A DNA stretch of 64,000 nt from Anaeramoeba ignava BMAN (taxonomy: Eukaryota; Protista; Anaeramoebae), in contig JAPDFW010000053.1 of NCBI GenBank assembly GCA_028826165.1, positions 1 to 64,000 of the forward strand. The letters run 5' to 3'. This document shows, piece by piece, positions 12,001 to 25,819 of the stretch (positions are counted from its first letter, which is position 1; each line of letters opens with the position of its first letter). The notes beneath the pieces are model-generated. The model made no database searches. It was not told the origin of the DNA and saw nothing but the letters and a program-made list of their open reading frames with translations. The position numbers and the translations under genes are program-made.

Positions 12001-15000
12001 AAAATTAGATCATTTTCTTTCAGGATTTGGAATATTTACAAAAAAATATTCAAAAAATTCTCCCTTATTAGATAATCCTGAAAAGATAACAATAAATTTA
12101 GGTTTAGTAGAATCAAAATTTTCTGATACTTTCAATTCTAAAGAAGAAATTGAAAGAATTTTCCAATTTTTCTCTACTCTTAATCCAAAAGAAATTGATA
12201 AAGAATTAATTGAAGAACATAAAAAAGGAAAATCAAAATATGTTCTTACTTTTGATAATGTTTCTAAAATGCTATTTCTTCAATTCAGAAATTTTGTTAA
12301 TCTTCCAACAATTATAAGTGGAGAAACTGGATGTGGAAAAACTTCATTAATTGAATATTTATTTGAAACTATTTTGGAAGAAAAAATCAAAACATTAAAT
12401 GTTAATAATTCTATAAAGAAAAAAGATATTCAAAATTTAATTGAAGAAGGAGAAAAATATTTTCCAAAACCATTTATAATACTTTTTGATGAATTAAATA
12501 CAGCTCCAAAATCTTTTATTCCAATTTTCAAATATTTATTTATTGATAAAATGTTTAATGAGAAAAAGATATCAACAAATATAAGATTAATAGCAGCAAT
12601 TAATCCATATAGAAAAAGAAGTGAAATGGATAGAAAAGAATATGAAAGATTTGGATTATTTTATCAAAAAGATGATGAAAATGAAGAAAATAAGAAAATT
12701 CAAAAATCAGTTTATAGAGTTCAAAAACTTCCAGATTCTTTACAAAAACAAATATTAAATTTTAATTCACTTCAAAAAGAACAAGAATTACCTTATATTG
12801 AAAAAATGGTTAAAAATACATTTGATTCTATTTTTAAAAAAGAAGAAGATATTAAAAGATCCAAAGAAATTATGGAAAATTTTATTGAATATATTAAAAA
12901 ATCTCATCAATATATTAGAGAAGAAGAAAATCAAAATCAAAATCAAAATGAAAAAAAGAATTTAGCTTCAAAAGTTTCGCTTAGAGATATTTCAAGAACT
13001 CTTAGAATATTTAGATGGATTTATGAATCAAGATCAAGAGCTGGTATAATTTTATTAAAAGATAAAATTGATTTAAAACAAATTGATTTAAAACAGATTA
13101 AAGAGCAAAAAGAAGAAATTGGAATAATAATTCAAAAAGCAATTTATTTATCTCTTTTTGTTTGTTATGAAGTTAGAGAAAAAAATCAAGAAAAAAGAAA
13201 AAAATATTCAATTAAAATTTTTGGAAATGGAAAATCAAAAGATTATAAAGAAATAATTGAAAATGCTAAAACAAATTTAATTGAAAATTTAGATTATAAT
13301 TTTAAAGAAAAAATGATTGCAAAAAATACAGCATTAAAAGAAAATTGTTTATTGCTTTATATTTCAATTTATACTCAAATACCTTTATTTATTATTGGGA
13401 AACCAGGTAAAAAATTATAATTAAAAATTAAAAATTTAAATTTAAAATTAAAATTAAAATTAATAAATAATAAATAGGAACTTCAAAATCAATTTCTCTT
13501 GAAGTCATTTTAAAATCTTTTAAACCACCATTTGAAATTAATGAATTATTAAAAAAACTTAATCTTAGATCTCTTTATCAATCTTTTATTCAATGTTCAC
13601 AAATAACAACAAATAAAGAAATTGAAGAAGTTTTCAAATTAGCTAAACAAAATACAAAAAATGAAAATAATTTAGGAGTTGTTGTTCTTGATGAAATTGC
13701 ACTTGCAGAATGGAGTTCTGAATTTCCACTTAAAACACTTCATTCAAAACTTGAAGAATCAGAAAAAGAATTATCAAAAAGACTTCAAAAAAGATTTAAA
13801 CAAAATCAAAATCAAAATCAAAATCAAAATCAAAATCAAAATCAAAATCAAAATCAAAATCAAAATGAAAAATTAGAAGATATTTTAAAAGAAATGAAAA
13901 CAGTTTCAGTTGTTTCAATATCAAATTGGATTTTAGATCCAAGTAATATGAATAGAGGAATTCTTATTTATAGAGATTCAATAACAAAAATTGAAACAAC
14001 AGCTCAACAAATATTATGTTCAGAAAATACAGGAATGAATTCTAAAATCCCAGAACTATTTGTAGATAGTCTTTCAAGAATTTACAAAAATATTATCAGA
14101 AATCAAAAAGAAAAAGATTCAGAATGGAAACCTTATTTTGGACTTAGAGATTTTTATTATTTTGTTAAAATGATTGGATATTCTTATATAACTCATAACA
14201 TTTCTTATAATAATGAAAGTTTAATTTCAAATGCTTTATTAAGAAATTTTAATTCCAAACCAGAAATTATTCAAAATATTTCTCAATTTCAAAATGAATC
14301 CAATTCATTAAATTTAATATCATTAACAAAAATAACAACAAAAGAACTCATTTATCAAAATATTCAAAAAAGAATATTTGAAAATTATGGATTAAATAAT
14401 CCAAATAAAATTTCAGATTTTTCAAGAAATATGATGATTTTAATTGATGAAACTTTAAATTTACCAATTATTTTACAAATTATTGAAAGTTTAATTGAAG
14501 AAGAAGGAAGAAAAATTAGTGTTGTTTTTGGAAATTCTTTCCCAAAAGATCAAACAAAAGTTAAAATTATTAAAGATTTACATAAAGTTGAAAATTCAAT
14601 AAGAAAAGGAGAAATAATTATTTTATATAATAATAACGATTTATTTCTACCTTTATATGATTTATTAAATCAAAATTATATCAAAGAAGGAAATAATCTT
14701 TATGCACAAATTTCAATGGGAAATATTGGAAATTTAATTAAAATTGATCCTAATTTCAGATTAATTTCAATTTGTGATAAAAGTAATGCTTATCATAATG
14801 AAACACCAGCTATTTTAAATAGATTTGAAAAATATTTATTGAAATTAGATGAATTTATTGAATTTGGAATTATTCGAAAATTTTATGAACAACAAAAAGA
14901 AATAATCAAAAAAATTTGTGAATATTCAAAAATTAAAGAAGAAGATTTATTTGTTTCTTATCATTCTGGATTATTTCCATCACTTGCAATAAAACTTCAA

Positions 15001-18000
15001 GAAATAATTTCAAAAAAAAAAGAAAATAAGAATGAAAGGAAAATAGAACAATTTTTGATTTTTGAAGGAGTTAATATGTGGATGAAAGTTTGTAATTTTG
15101 AAAATATTTTTTTAATACAACAAAAAATTCAACAATTTAAATCCAAAATTCGAAAAAATCAAAATAAAAATAAAAAAGAAAAAGAAAATAAAAATCAAAA
15201 TCAAAATCAAAATCAAAATCAAAATCAAAAGGAAAATGAAAAAGAAAATGAAATAGAAATGGAAAATGAAAAAGAAAATGAATTAGAAATGGGAATAAAT
15301 GAATATTTATATTTAAAATATTTTTGTGAAAGATATAATAGTTTATATCATAATAATTTAAATGAATTAATTCAAAATGAATTAAAACCAAAGAAAATTC
15401 AAAAATCAATCATTTTAACATTATCATCATTAAAATCAAAATCAAAAAATATTGAGATTAAAGGATTTAATATTGAAGAATTAAATATTTCTGAATTTGA
15501 TAATGAAAAAGATTTCAAAAAGAAAATTAAAGATATTCTTGGAATATTTCCTCAAAAACCAAATCAAAATAATCAAATGAATAAGAATCAAAGAAAAAAA
15601 GATCCAAATTTCATTTTAATTATTCATTTTACACCAACAAGAAATTTATCAGAAAAAATATTTTATCAATTCAAATATTTAATTGAAAATATAATTGAAA
15701 AAGAAAAAGAAGAAATTAAATGCTTTCTTATGTTTATTGTTCATATTTCATCAAATCAAGAACAAACAAATACATTCCATTTTTCATTTGAAAAAAATTT
15801 TGAATATTATTATATTGATGATATTTTCCAATATGATTTTGAAATGAATATTAATTTGAAAACAACATTCCCTGGAAATTATTTAGAAAAAGTTATTGAA
15901 GAAAATTGGGAAAAAATATTTGAATTAATTATTCCAATTTCTATTCTTAAATTTTTAAATTTAAAAGAAAAAATTGAAAAACCAAAAAATTTTTGAAGAA
16001 ATGAAATTATCAAAAACAAAAAATTTTAATGAAAAAAATAAGAGAAATGATCCAAAAAGGAAAAAATAAAAATATCAAATTATATGAATGGAATATTAAT
16101 GAATTAATTAATGAAAAATTTGAAAAGAAAAGAAGAAATGAATCATTAACTTCATTTATTCAATTTAAATTTAAAGAAAAATTAGAAACTATATTTGCTA
16201 TTTTATTCAGTAATATTATGATTAATGATAATTTCAAACTTTTTCCTATTAATCAAAAAAACACCAATGAAATTCAAAAATTATGGAAAAAGATATTCAA
16301 AAATTTAACAATTCCACATTTCCAAAATATTCTTACTTATCAATTTAATAATTCAAATTTCCCATTTTTCCAATATTTTTATTCCAAATTATTTGAAGAA
16401 ACAAAACAACAAGAAGAAGAAAACGAAATAATTCAAGAAATTATAGAAAAACCTATTATTAAATGGTCTGAAAGATATTCAACTAATCCTAAAATAGGTT
16501 CACAAATATTTCTAGAAGCATTTATGAGTGATTTTACAAAAATATCTTTTACAAAAGAAGAACAAAAGTTTTTAGAAGAATATATTGGAAATATTTCTGA
16601 TTTCATTTATCAATTTGAAAAAAATGAAGATTTAACAAATTTATCATTAAAAGAAATTTCACAAAAAATTAATTGGAATATATTTCAAAAAATTTATGAA
16701 ATTTATAAATATTGTTTGAATATTGATAAAAGATATTTAAAAAAGAAAGAAAATGAAATAGAAATAGAAAAAGAAATTCAAATCCAAATTCAAATTCAAA
16801 AAGAAAATCTAATTTCAAAATTTATCGAAAAACAAATTGAAATTATTGAAAATTATTTAAATAATCATAATTTATCAAATGATTTAACAATTATTTCAAT
16901 TCCACTTGATAAAATTTATGAATTTATAATTGAAATGAAAAAAATGAAAGAATTTGAAAAAGATTTTAAAAAAGATTTTAAAAAATTGTTTGATAAATGG
17001 ATGGAAATTTACATATTATTTCTCAACAAATATAATTTACAAGAAATTAATCAAACTCAAGAATTTCAAAATTTATTTCAAAATTTTAAACTTTCCAAAA
17101 ATGATAAACATTCAAAATCTATTATTGATATTTCTCAATTATGTAAAAATCAAAATGAAAAAATTAATTTATTTGAAAATTATTTCCAAATTATTATAAA
17201 ACAAATTCAAAAAAAAGGAAAAATAAATTCATTGTTGAACAATTTCAGAATTATTACAAAAAAATTCTTTTATCAAAATCAAAATCAAAATCAAAATCAA
17301 AATCAAAATCAAATTTTTGGAATAGATCAAAATGAATTTCAATTTCCAAATTTATTTTCAATATTATTTAGTTATATTTTGAAATTATTAGAAAAAGATG
17401 AAAATTTAAGAAAAATATTTTCAATTATTTAAAAGATTATTTTCCATTTAAAGAAAATGATTTAAAATGGATGAGTTTCACATTTTTATTAACTTTTTTC
17501 CAATACACAAATGATTTTGATTTAACAAAAAAACAAAACAAATTTATTATCAATGAAAAAAGATTCTTTCCAGAAATTGAACAAATAAATGATTTATTTG
17601 AAGAATATCAAAATTTTATTTTAAATATTCATTATATTATTCAAGATTCAAACAAATATTCAAAAATTAAAAATGAAGAAATTCAAAAATATATTTCAGA
17701 ACAAATATTTCAAGAATATGATTTTTTTACAATAAAACATTTGGAAAATATTCAAGAAAAAGAACAAATTAAAAAGAAATTTGATAAAATTTTCAAAATG
17801 GATATTCAAGAAAATGAAGAACAAAATAAGATATTAAATCCAGATGGATATTATTATGGATATTTTGTTTATTTTTTAAATAATCAAGTAGAAGATTTAA
17901 CAAGAATTTTTAATTGGATTACTTCTAAATTAACAAATGATAAAAAAATTGTAGATCAACAAGAAAATATAAAGAATTCTGTTTATAAAATTTGCAGAGA

Positions 18001-20021
18001 TATTGAAACAATAAATGAAGATTTTGAAAAAGTTCTAATTATTATTATAGAAACAGCAGAAAAATATTTAATGAATAAAAATATTGCATTACCAATATTT
18101 AATGATGAAATGAATAATTTCCCAAATAACAGAAATTTAATTTGTGAAAATATTTTAGGAATTAACAATTATCCAGAACCAAATCCAATTTTTACTTTAT
18201 CTGATATTAATTTTATTATTCCAACAAGAATTGCAAGAATTATTCATTATTCATTATTATTTTTATTATTAAAAAATGAAACAAATTCAAAAAATTTAAA
18301 TGAAAAATTAATTTATCATGAAATTAAAAGTTTATCAATTATATTAAATTTATCAATAACAAATACAAAAATTTATTATATTCTTTTCTTAAAAGAAATT
18401 ATCAAAATTCAAGATAAACAAATTCAACTTGGAAAACTTAGTAAACAAATTGATAATTGGAAAGAAGCTTTATATAAAATTTACAGAGAAAAACATGAAA
18501 ATATTCTTTCAAAAATTGAAATTTCAACTTTCAAAAAACCATTTAAAGCAACAAATTTATTATTAACAAATCCAATTTCAATTTCAAATTTAATTTCAAA
18601 TTTCTTAAAAAAATCAAAAAATATTGAAAATAACATTCAAAAATATCCATTAATTTCATTTTTTATTCAAAATTATTTGAAATTTAAAATGATTTATTTA
18701 TTCCCATCATTTATCAAATTTTCAAGTTTTATCAATATCAAATATAATGGGAAAATTACTTTAAAACAATCACAAAAAATTAATATTGAAGATTTATTTA
18801 AAGATTCAAAAGAAAAAGAAATTGAAAAATTAAATGAAGAAGAAATTAAGATATTAGAAAATTGGGAAGATGATTTTAATGAATGTTGGATAATTTCATT
18901 AAGTCAAATCAATAATGATAAAGTCAAGAAATTCAATATAAATAATTTAAATGAACTTGATCAAGAAAACAATCAAATTCCACAAATTATTGATAAAATT
19001 GAACCAATAACAAGAAAATCATTTATCAAAGAAATTCTTTCAAATCAAGAAAAAAAACTAAATATTGCATATTTAATTAAATATATTTCGAAAGAAAAAA
19101 GAATATTAAAGAATGAAATACAAAAATTATTCAATCAAAATCAAATTCAAAATCAAGATCAAGATGAAATAAAAATATCTTTCCCATTTAAAACAGGATT
19201 AAATAAACCCATTTAGAAGAATGATTGATTTATCTTTTGAATTTAATTTGAAAAGAATAGAAGATTATATTAAATTTCATAATATAAAAGATAATTTTGA
19301 TGAATTAGAAAAAAAGATAAATGAAGTTTTTCAAATATTTATTGAAACTGAAAATATTTCAATTATTATCAATAATTTTCAATTTAAAGATAAAATCATT
19401 TTAAATACTTCATTTCTTGATGAATCAAAATGGAAACAAATTAATCTTTCACAAGATACATGGGATGAAATAATTAAAGAACTTTTAGAAAATTTTGCTA
19501 TTCTTATTTTCCAAAAATTTTATCAAAATATTATTCAATTTTGTTCCAATTTAAAAGATGAAAAATTAATTAAAGTTGATCAAACACTTATTGAATTTGC
19601 AAAAGAAAACATGATTCCATTTGAATTAGAAAATATTAAATCAATTAAAAAACTTAAAATTCAACATTTAAGATTTATTCACAATAATATCTCACAACAT
19701 TTTGAATCAATTATTAATAAAATAGATAATCAATATAAAAATCAAATTCCAACAACTTTCTTAAATCAATTAGATTCCTTTTTTGAAAAAATTTCAATTA
19801 CAAATTTGATATTAATTTTCCAAAGTTTCTTTTCAAAAGAATTAATTCAAAAAAATTATTCTCCAGAACAAGAACTTTTAAATAATTTAGTAAATATTGG
19901 AGATTTATTGAATCTTAAAACAGAATCAGAAACTATTCAAAAACATTTTCCTCAAAATTTAACACTTAAATATTCTGTTTCAGTTTATCTTCTTTGTTTA
20001 GATAAACTGAAAAAAAATTAA
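6034..20021 (+). CDS. Giant RNF213/mysterin-like multi-AAA+ protein (~4,600 aa after one intron and correction of ~5 frameshifts)
   Basis: ATG at 6034 and intron 13407-13477. RNF213-type motifs in order: TGEGKS, GETGCGKT, LFDELNT, AAINPYR, VSLRDI, IPLFIIGKPG|TSKS, VVVLDEIALAE..PLKTLH, ISNWILDPSNMNRG, FGLRDFYYFVK, LRNF, FGNSFPKDQ, LYDLLNQNY, LNRFEK. C-terminal FPQNLTLKYSVSVY resembles the RNF213 C-terminus. Confidence 0.88.
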
Positions 20022-20221
20022 TCAAAAATTTTAAATTCAAAAAATAAAATTGATTTGAGATAAAATTGAATTGAATTAAAATAAAATTGAATTGAATTAA
20101 AATAAAATTGAATTGAATTAAAATAAAATTGAATTATGAAATAAAATAAAATTGAATTATGAAATAAAATTGAATTGAATTAAAATTGAATTATGAAATA
20201 AAATAAAAAATTGAAAATGAA

Positions 20222-20600
20222 ATGAAAAATTTAGAAAAAAAAGTAACAAAAAATTTAATTAAAGATTATTCAAACCTTTTAAATGGAAATTCATTTAAAG
20301 ATTTTTCAATTTTTGTTGAGAATAAATCAAATCCTTTTGAAATTAAAGTTCATAAATCAATTTTATCTTCAAGATCTCCTTTTTTTAATGAGTCATTAAG
20401 GCAAGAATCTCTTTCTATTTCTTTAAATCAATTTAATAAAAAAGAAATGGAATCAATTTTGAGTTATATTTATTATGGAAATATTTCTTTTGAGAATCAA
20501 GAAAATCTTCTTCAATTATTGGAAATTTCAATTTATTTTAAATTAAATTTATTGAAAGAAATTATTCAAAAAAACAATTTCAAATTCAATTAATTATTCA
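20222..20600 (+). pseudogene. Truncated BTB/POZ-domain gene, near-identical to the 5' part of the BTB-TLDc gene at 57149-57560
   Basis: BTB motif FKDFSIFV..EIKVHKSILSSRSPFF..ILSYIYYG. The nucleotide sequence matches the reverse complement of ~57170-57560 and the ORF ends just after the BTB domain. Confidence 0.75.
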
Positions 20601-20685
20601 AATTTTTTCCAATTTTTTTTCAAATAATAAATAACCGATAATCAAATCTAATCATAGTAAATATTTCTAAATTAATCAAAAATGT

Positions 20686-21305
20686 ATTTATAAATTAAAT
20701 GTTAAATTAAATTAATTCTCATTTTTTATATTTATATGTTTAATATTTAAATAATAAAATATTTAAATTTAAAACAATAAATTATTATTTTAATAATAAA
20801 ATTAAATATTAAATTATATTTTTAAATTAATTTATAAATTAAATATTAAATTAAATCTATTTCCATTTTTTATATTTATATGTTTAATATTTAAATAATA
20901 AAATATTTAAATCTAAAACAATAAATTATTATTTTAATAATAAAATTAAATATTAAATTATATTTCTAAATTAATTTATAAATTAAATGTTAAATTAAAT
21001 TAATTCTCATTTTTATATTTATATGTTAAATATTTAAATAATAAAATATTTAAATCTAAAACATTAAATTATCATTTTAATAATAAAATTAAATATTAAA
21101 TTATATTTTTAAATTAATTTATAAATTAAATATTAAATTAAATCTATTCTCATTTTTTATATTTATATGTTAAATATTTAAATAATAAAATATTTAAATC
21201 TAAAACAATAAATTATTATTTTAATAATAAAATTAAATACTAAATTATATTTTTAAATTAATTTATAAATTAAATATTAAATTAAATCAATTTCCATTTT
21301 TTATA
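20686..21305 (+). repeat. Tandem array of ~144-bp AT-rich unit (~4.3 copies), same family as the arrays at 52362-53521 and 57996-58975
   Basis: Period measured from 21121 to 21265; unit contains AAATCTATTCTCATTTTTTATATTTATATGTTAAATATTTAAATAATAAAATATTTAAATCTAAAACAATAA. Confidence 0.9.
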
Positions 21306-21361
21306 TTTTTTTTCATTTTTTTTTTCATTTTCATTTTTTTTTTTTGAATTTTTTTTTTTAA

Positions 21362-24300
21362 ATGGAAATTCAAATTGGAGGAAAATATAAATTTTCTCAA
21401 GAATTTTGTACAGTTAAATTTGAAGGAGAAACACATTTTGCACCAGGTTTATGGGTTGGAATTGAATTATTTGAACCAAGTAAAAAATTTAAATTTTAAA
21501 AAAAAAAAAGCAAAAAAAAAAAAAACTAATTTCAAAATTTAACTGAAAAAAAAACAATAAGATGGCAAATCAGATGGAACTATTGATGGAATTAAATATT
21601 TTGATTGCAAACCAAAACATGGAATTTTTATTAGAAAATCCCAATTAAAACCGTTATCTTCTGAAGAAAATTATCAAAATATTTATTCACATTTAATTGG
21701 TAAAAAATTTAAAAAATTTAATTTAAAAATAATTTTAAATTTAAATTAAAATTAAAATTCAAAAAAAAAGATACAATTTATTCAAGAAAAAGAAATATTA
21801 TCCATCATCATTCATTTATTTCTGAAAAATTATCTTCTGATTTAAATATGAAGAAAAATAAATTAGAAACTCTTGAAAGTTATTTAAAAGATTCAACATC
21901 AGTTAATCCTTTAGAAAATCCAGAAGAAATAATTGAACCTTTAGAAAAAGAAATTGAATCATTAACAAAAATACTTGAAAAAAAAACTAATTCAACCAAA
22001 AAATATCAAGAAGAAATTGATGTACTTTTCATGTTTAAAAAAATTTTTCTTTCTTTCAAATTTTTTTATAAGAATTTTTTTTTTTGGAATTTTTTTAGAA
22101 ACTTTCAAAAGATGTTGAAAGTAAAAAACAAAATGTTCAAGTTCAAAGTGATATTGGATTAAAAAATCAAATTGATGATTTAAATCAAGAATTAACAACA
22201 GAAAAGAATCGGCAGGCAAATCTTCAACAAGAAAGTGAAAAACTTCAAAATGAAATTATATCAATGCAAGAAAAAATCTTAAAAGAAAATGGTAATTAAA
22301 AAAGCAATATATTTTAATATTTTAATATTTAATAATTTAATATTTTAATAATTTAATATTTTAATAATTTAATAATTTAATATTTTAATAATTTAATATT
22401 TTAATAATTTAATATTTTAATATTTTAATATTTAATTTTAATATTTAATATTTTAATAATTTAATATTTTAATATTTTATATTTTAATAATTTAATAATT
22501 TAATAATTTATTATTTTAATATTTTAATATTTAATATTTTAATATTTTAATATTTTAATAATTTAATAATTTAATATTTTATATTTTAATAATTTAATAA
22601 TTTAATAATTTATTATTTTAATATTTTAATATTTAATATTTTAATATTTTAATATTTTAATATTTTAATAATTTAATAATTTAATATTTTAATAATTTAA
22701 TATTTTAATATTTTAATATTTTAATTTTAGAATCTTTAAAAAGAAGAATTGAAAGAAGAGAAAGAAAAATTAAAAGATTAGAAAGATCTCAACATAGAAT
22801 TCTTAGAAGTTTTGCAAATTTTGATGGAGTTTATGAAAAAAATCAAGAGAAAGATAAAGAAGAACAAGATAATAAAGAAAGACAACAACTTCAAGAAATC
22901 AAAGAAAAATTGAAGAAAAAAAACAAATCACTCACAGAATTACTTGAACAAGAAAAAACAAAGAACGAGTATAAAGTTGAATTAGGAGAAGGTTAATTTT
23001 TGACTGCATTTTTATATTGAAAAAAAATGAATGATTTTGAAAATTTTAAAATTGAATATTTTTATTTTATTCATTTTCATTATTAGTTCTTCCTGTTGAA
23101 GATCAAACAAATCGAGCTTTATGGATTGCTAAATTATTTAAAAAACACACAAAAATTTTGGAATTACGTGAAAGATTAAACAAAATTATCAAAAAATTTA
23201 CTTTTGCAAGATTTTGTCAAAATTCTAAAACTGAAGTTCCTGATGTTTTATCTAAAGATATTGTTGATTCTTTAATTATTCAATATTTTCATTTTACGAA
23301 AAAAGAAGAAATTGCAAATTTTCTTTCTGAAGAAACTGGAGTTGATCGTATTTTTTCTTTAAAATTAAAAATTAAAAATTAAAATTAAAATCAAAATTTA
23401 AAATTAAAATTAAAATTAAAATTAAAATTAAAATTAAAATTAAAATTAAAATCAAAATTAAAATTAAAATTAAAATTAAAATTAAAATTAAAATTAAAAT
23501 TAAAATTAAAATTAAAATTAAAATTAAAATTAAAATTAAAATTAAAATTAAAATTAATATTAAAATCAAAATTAAAATCAAAATCAAAATGAAAATTAAA
23601 ATTAATATTAAAATTAAAATTAAAATCAAAATTAAAATCAAAATTAATATTAATATTAAAATTAAAATAAAAATTAAAATTAATATTAAAATTAAAATTA
23701 AAATTAATTTTTGATTTAATTTTATTTATTAGTTCAAAAAGAATTAGCTCAAGAAGAAACAAAACTTGTTGAATTATTAAGATTAGGAATTCTTGATATG
23801 GAACATTTATGGGATTCAGTTATTGATGAAAAAGCTCGATTTGGTGAAAATGTCGATTTAGAATTCAATAGAAATCGAGATAAATTTGGTTTTGAATTAT
23901 TAAGTAATGATTTGAAATCAAAATAAATATTTAAATTTCATAATTCATTTTGTATTTTAATTCTTTTTTTTTTTTAGTTGAGGGAGATACTTATATTTGG
24001 GATGAACCAGAAGATAATCCTTCTAATATTCGTTATAATCAAGAACTAGTTGAAAAATTAAATGGAGATCCTTCTAAAAACTTTCTTAATACAATTCAAG
24101 CAGCAAATATTAATAAATTACTTGAAAAATTAACATATGAAAAATCAACAGGTCTGAATAGATATTAAAATAATTAAATATTAAAATAATAAAATATTAA
24201 AATAATTAAAATATTAAAATATTAAAATATTAAAATATTAAAATATTTAAATATTAAAATATTAATAAATATTAAAATATTAAAATATTATTAAAATATT

Positions 24301-25530
24301 ATTAAAATATTATTGAAATATTAAAATAATAAAATATTAAATAATTAAAATATTAAATTAATTAAAATATTTAAATATTAAAATATTAAAATATTTAATT
24401 AAATAGATATGCAATTCATTGAAGCCTTTTTAAGTACTTATCAAACAATAATCACACCAGAATTTTTTCTATACAAATTAATTCAAAGATTTCGAGTACC
24501 CAAAATGACTGAAACAGAAGACTTTCAAGAATGGAACACAAAAAGAATCAACATACAAACAAAAGTAGCGGAAGTGATACGTTTATGGATTGAGAAATAT
24601 TTAGATGAATTTGAGCCTAAATTAATATCACATTTAGAAACATTTTTTGATCGAGTTGTTGGATTAGAAAATCCAAAGCTTTCCAAAAAGTTGAAAAGTA
24701 TCTTAAAAGTTCAAAAGCTAATTCAAAGTGGGGTTGTAGCAAGAAAGAGGAAAGTTTTTCAAGAGCCACCTGAAGATCCTAAAGTTCCCAAAAACATTTT
24801 TGCAAGGGATTTCCAATTATCTGATCTTTCCGAAGAAGAATTTGCAAAACAAACAACCATTTTTATATCCCAAATTTACAAAAAAATATCACCAACTGAG
24901 CTTGTGACTCAGGCATGGTCGAAAGAAAGACTTCATTCAAAAGCGCCAAACGTTCTTTTATTGATCAAGAAATTCAACGAAATAGTTGGATATATTTCGA
25001 CCCAAATATTGATACCGAAAAAAGCCAAACAAAGAGCAAAACAGATGATAAGATTTATCAAGATTGCGGAGCTTTTTTTCAACATGAAGAACTTCGACTG
25101 TACAATGGCAATTATGGCAGCATTTATTAATTCATCCATTAGTCGACTAACTTCGACCAAAGATGAAGTTTCTGAAAAATACTGGAAAATTTTCCAAAAT
25201 TTGGATCAAGCTCTGAGTTCAGATAATGGATATCGAGAATACCGTTCTCTTCTTAAAAGAACGGAGCCTCCAGGTATCCCATATCTTGGTGTTTTTCTTA
25301 CTGAAATTACCGCTATTTCTGATGGCTCAGAAAATAAGATTGATGGTTTGTTTAATTTTTCAATGAGGAAATTATTAGCAAATACTATTAATGAAATTCA
25401 AAAATTCCAACAAGCTGATTATAATTTCATTGCTGTTGATCAAGTTCAGAATCTTTTTGCAAAACCTCTTCCTTTAAAAGATTCAAATGCTCTTTATAAA
25501 AAATCTTTGAAACGCGAACCAAGAAAATGA
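21362..25530 (+). CDS. CAP-Gly + coiled-coil + LisH + REM/CDC25 Ras guanine-nucleotide exchange factor (multi-exon)
   Basis: CAP-Gly (GETHFAPGLWVGIEL..NGKSDGTIDGIKYF..GIF, intron 21480-21561), LisH-like (IVDSLIIQYF..EIANFLSEE), REM (FIEAFLSTYQTIITP) and CDC25 domain (NFDCTMAIMAAFINSSISRL, PPGIPYLGVFLTE). Confidence 0.88.
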
Positions 25531-25819
25531 TTCTTTTTTTTTTTTTCTTGTATTTTGCTTTTTTTTTTTTTAATTCAAATTCAATTTAGAATTCAATTTA
25601 GAATTCAATTCAAATTTAAAATTCAAATTTAATTCAAATTCAATTTAGAATTCAAATTTAGAATTCAAATTCAATTTAGAATTCAATTTAAAATTCAATT
25701 CAAAATTCAATTCAAAATTCAAAATCAAATTTAATTCTTTTTCATTTCTTTCTTCTTCTTTTAAAAAATAAATCAAAAAAAATTAATTAAATAATTAATT
25801 AATGAAATTCTTTTCCTTT

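Noticed and set aside
9840-19221. Frame breaks in the RNF213-like gene as programmed frameshifting or an alternative genetic code
   Set aside because: The breaks fall at or near A/T homopolymers, share no slippery-plus-stop motif and also occur in housekeeping genes (VPS18, DDX20). Genes end with normal TAA/TGA stops. Consensus indels are the simpler explanation.
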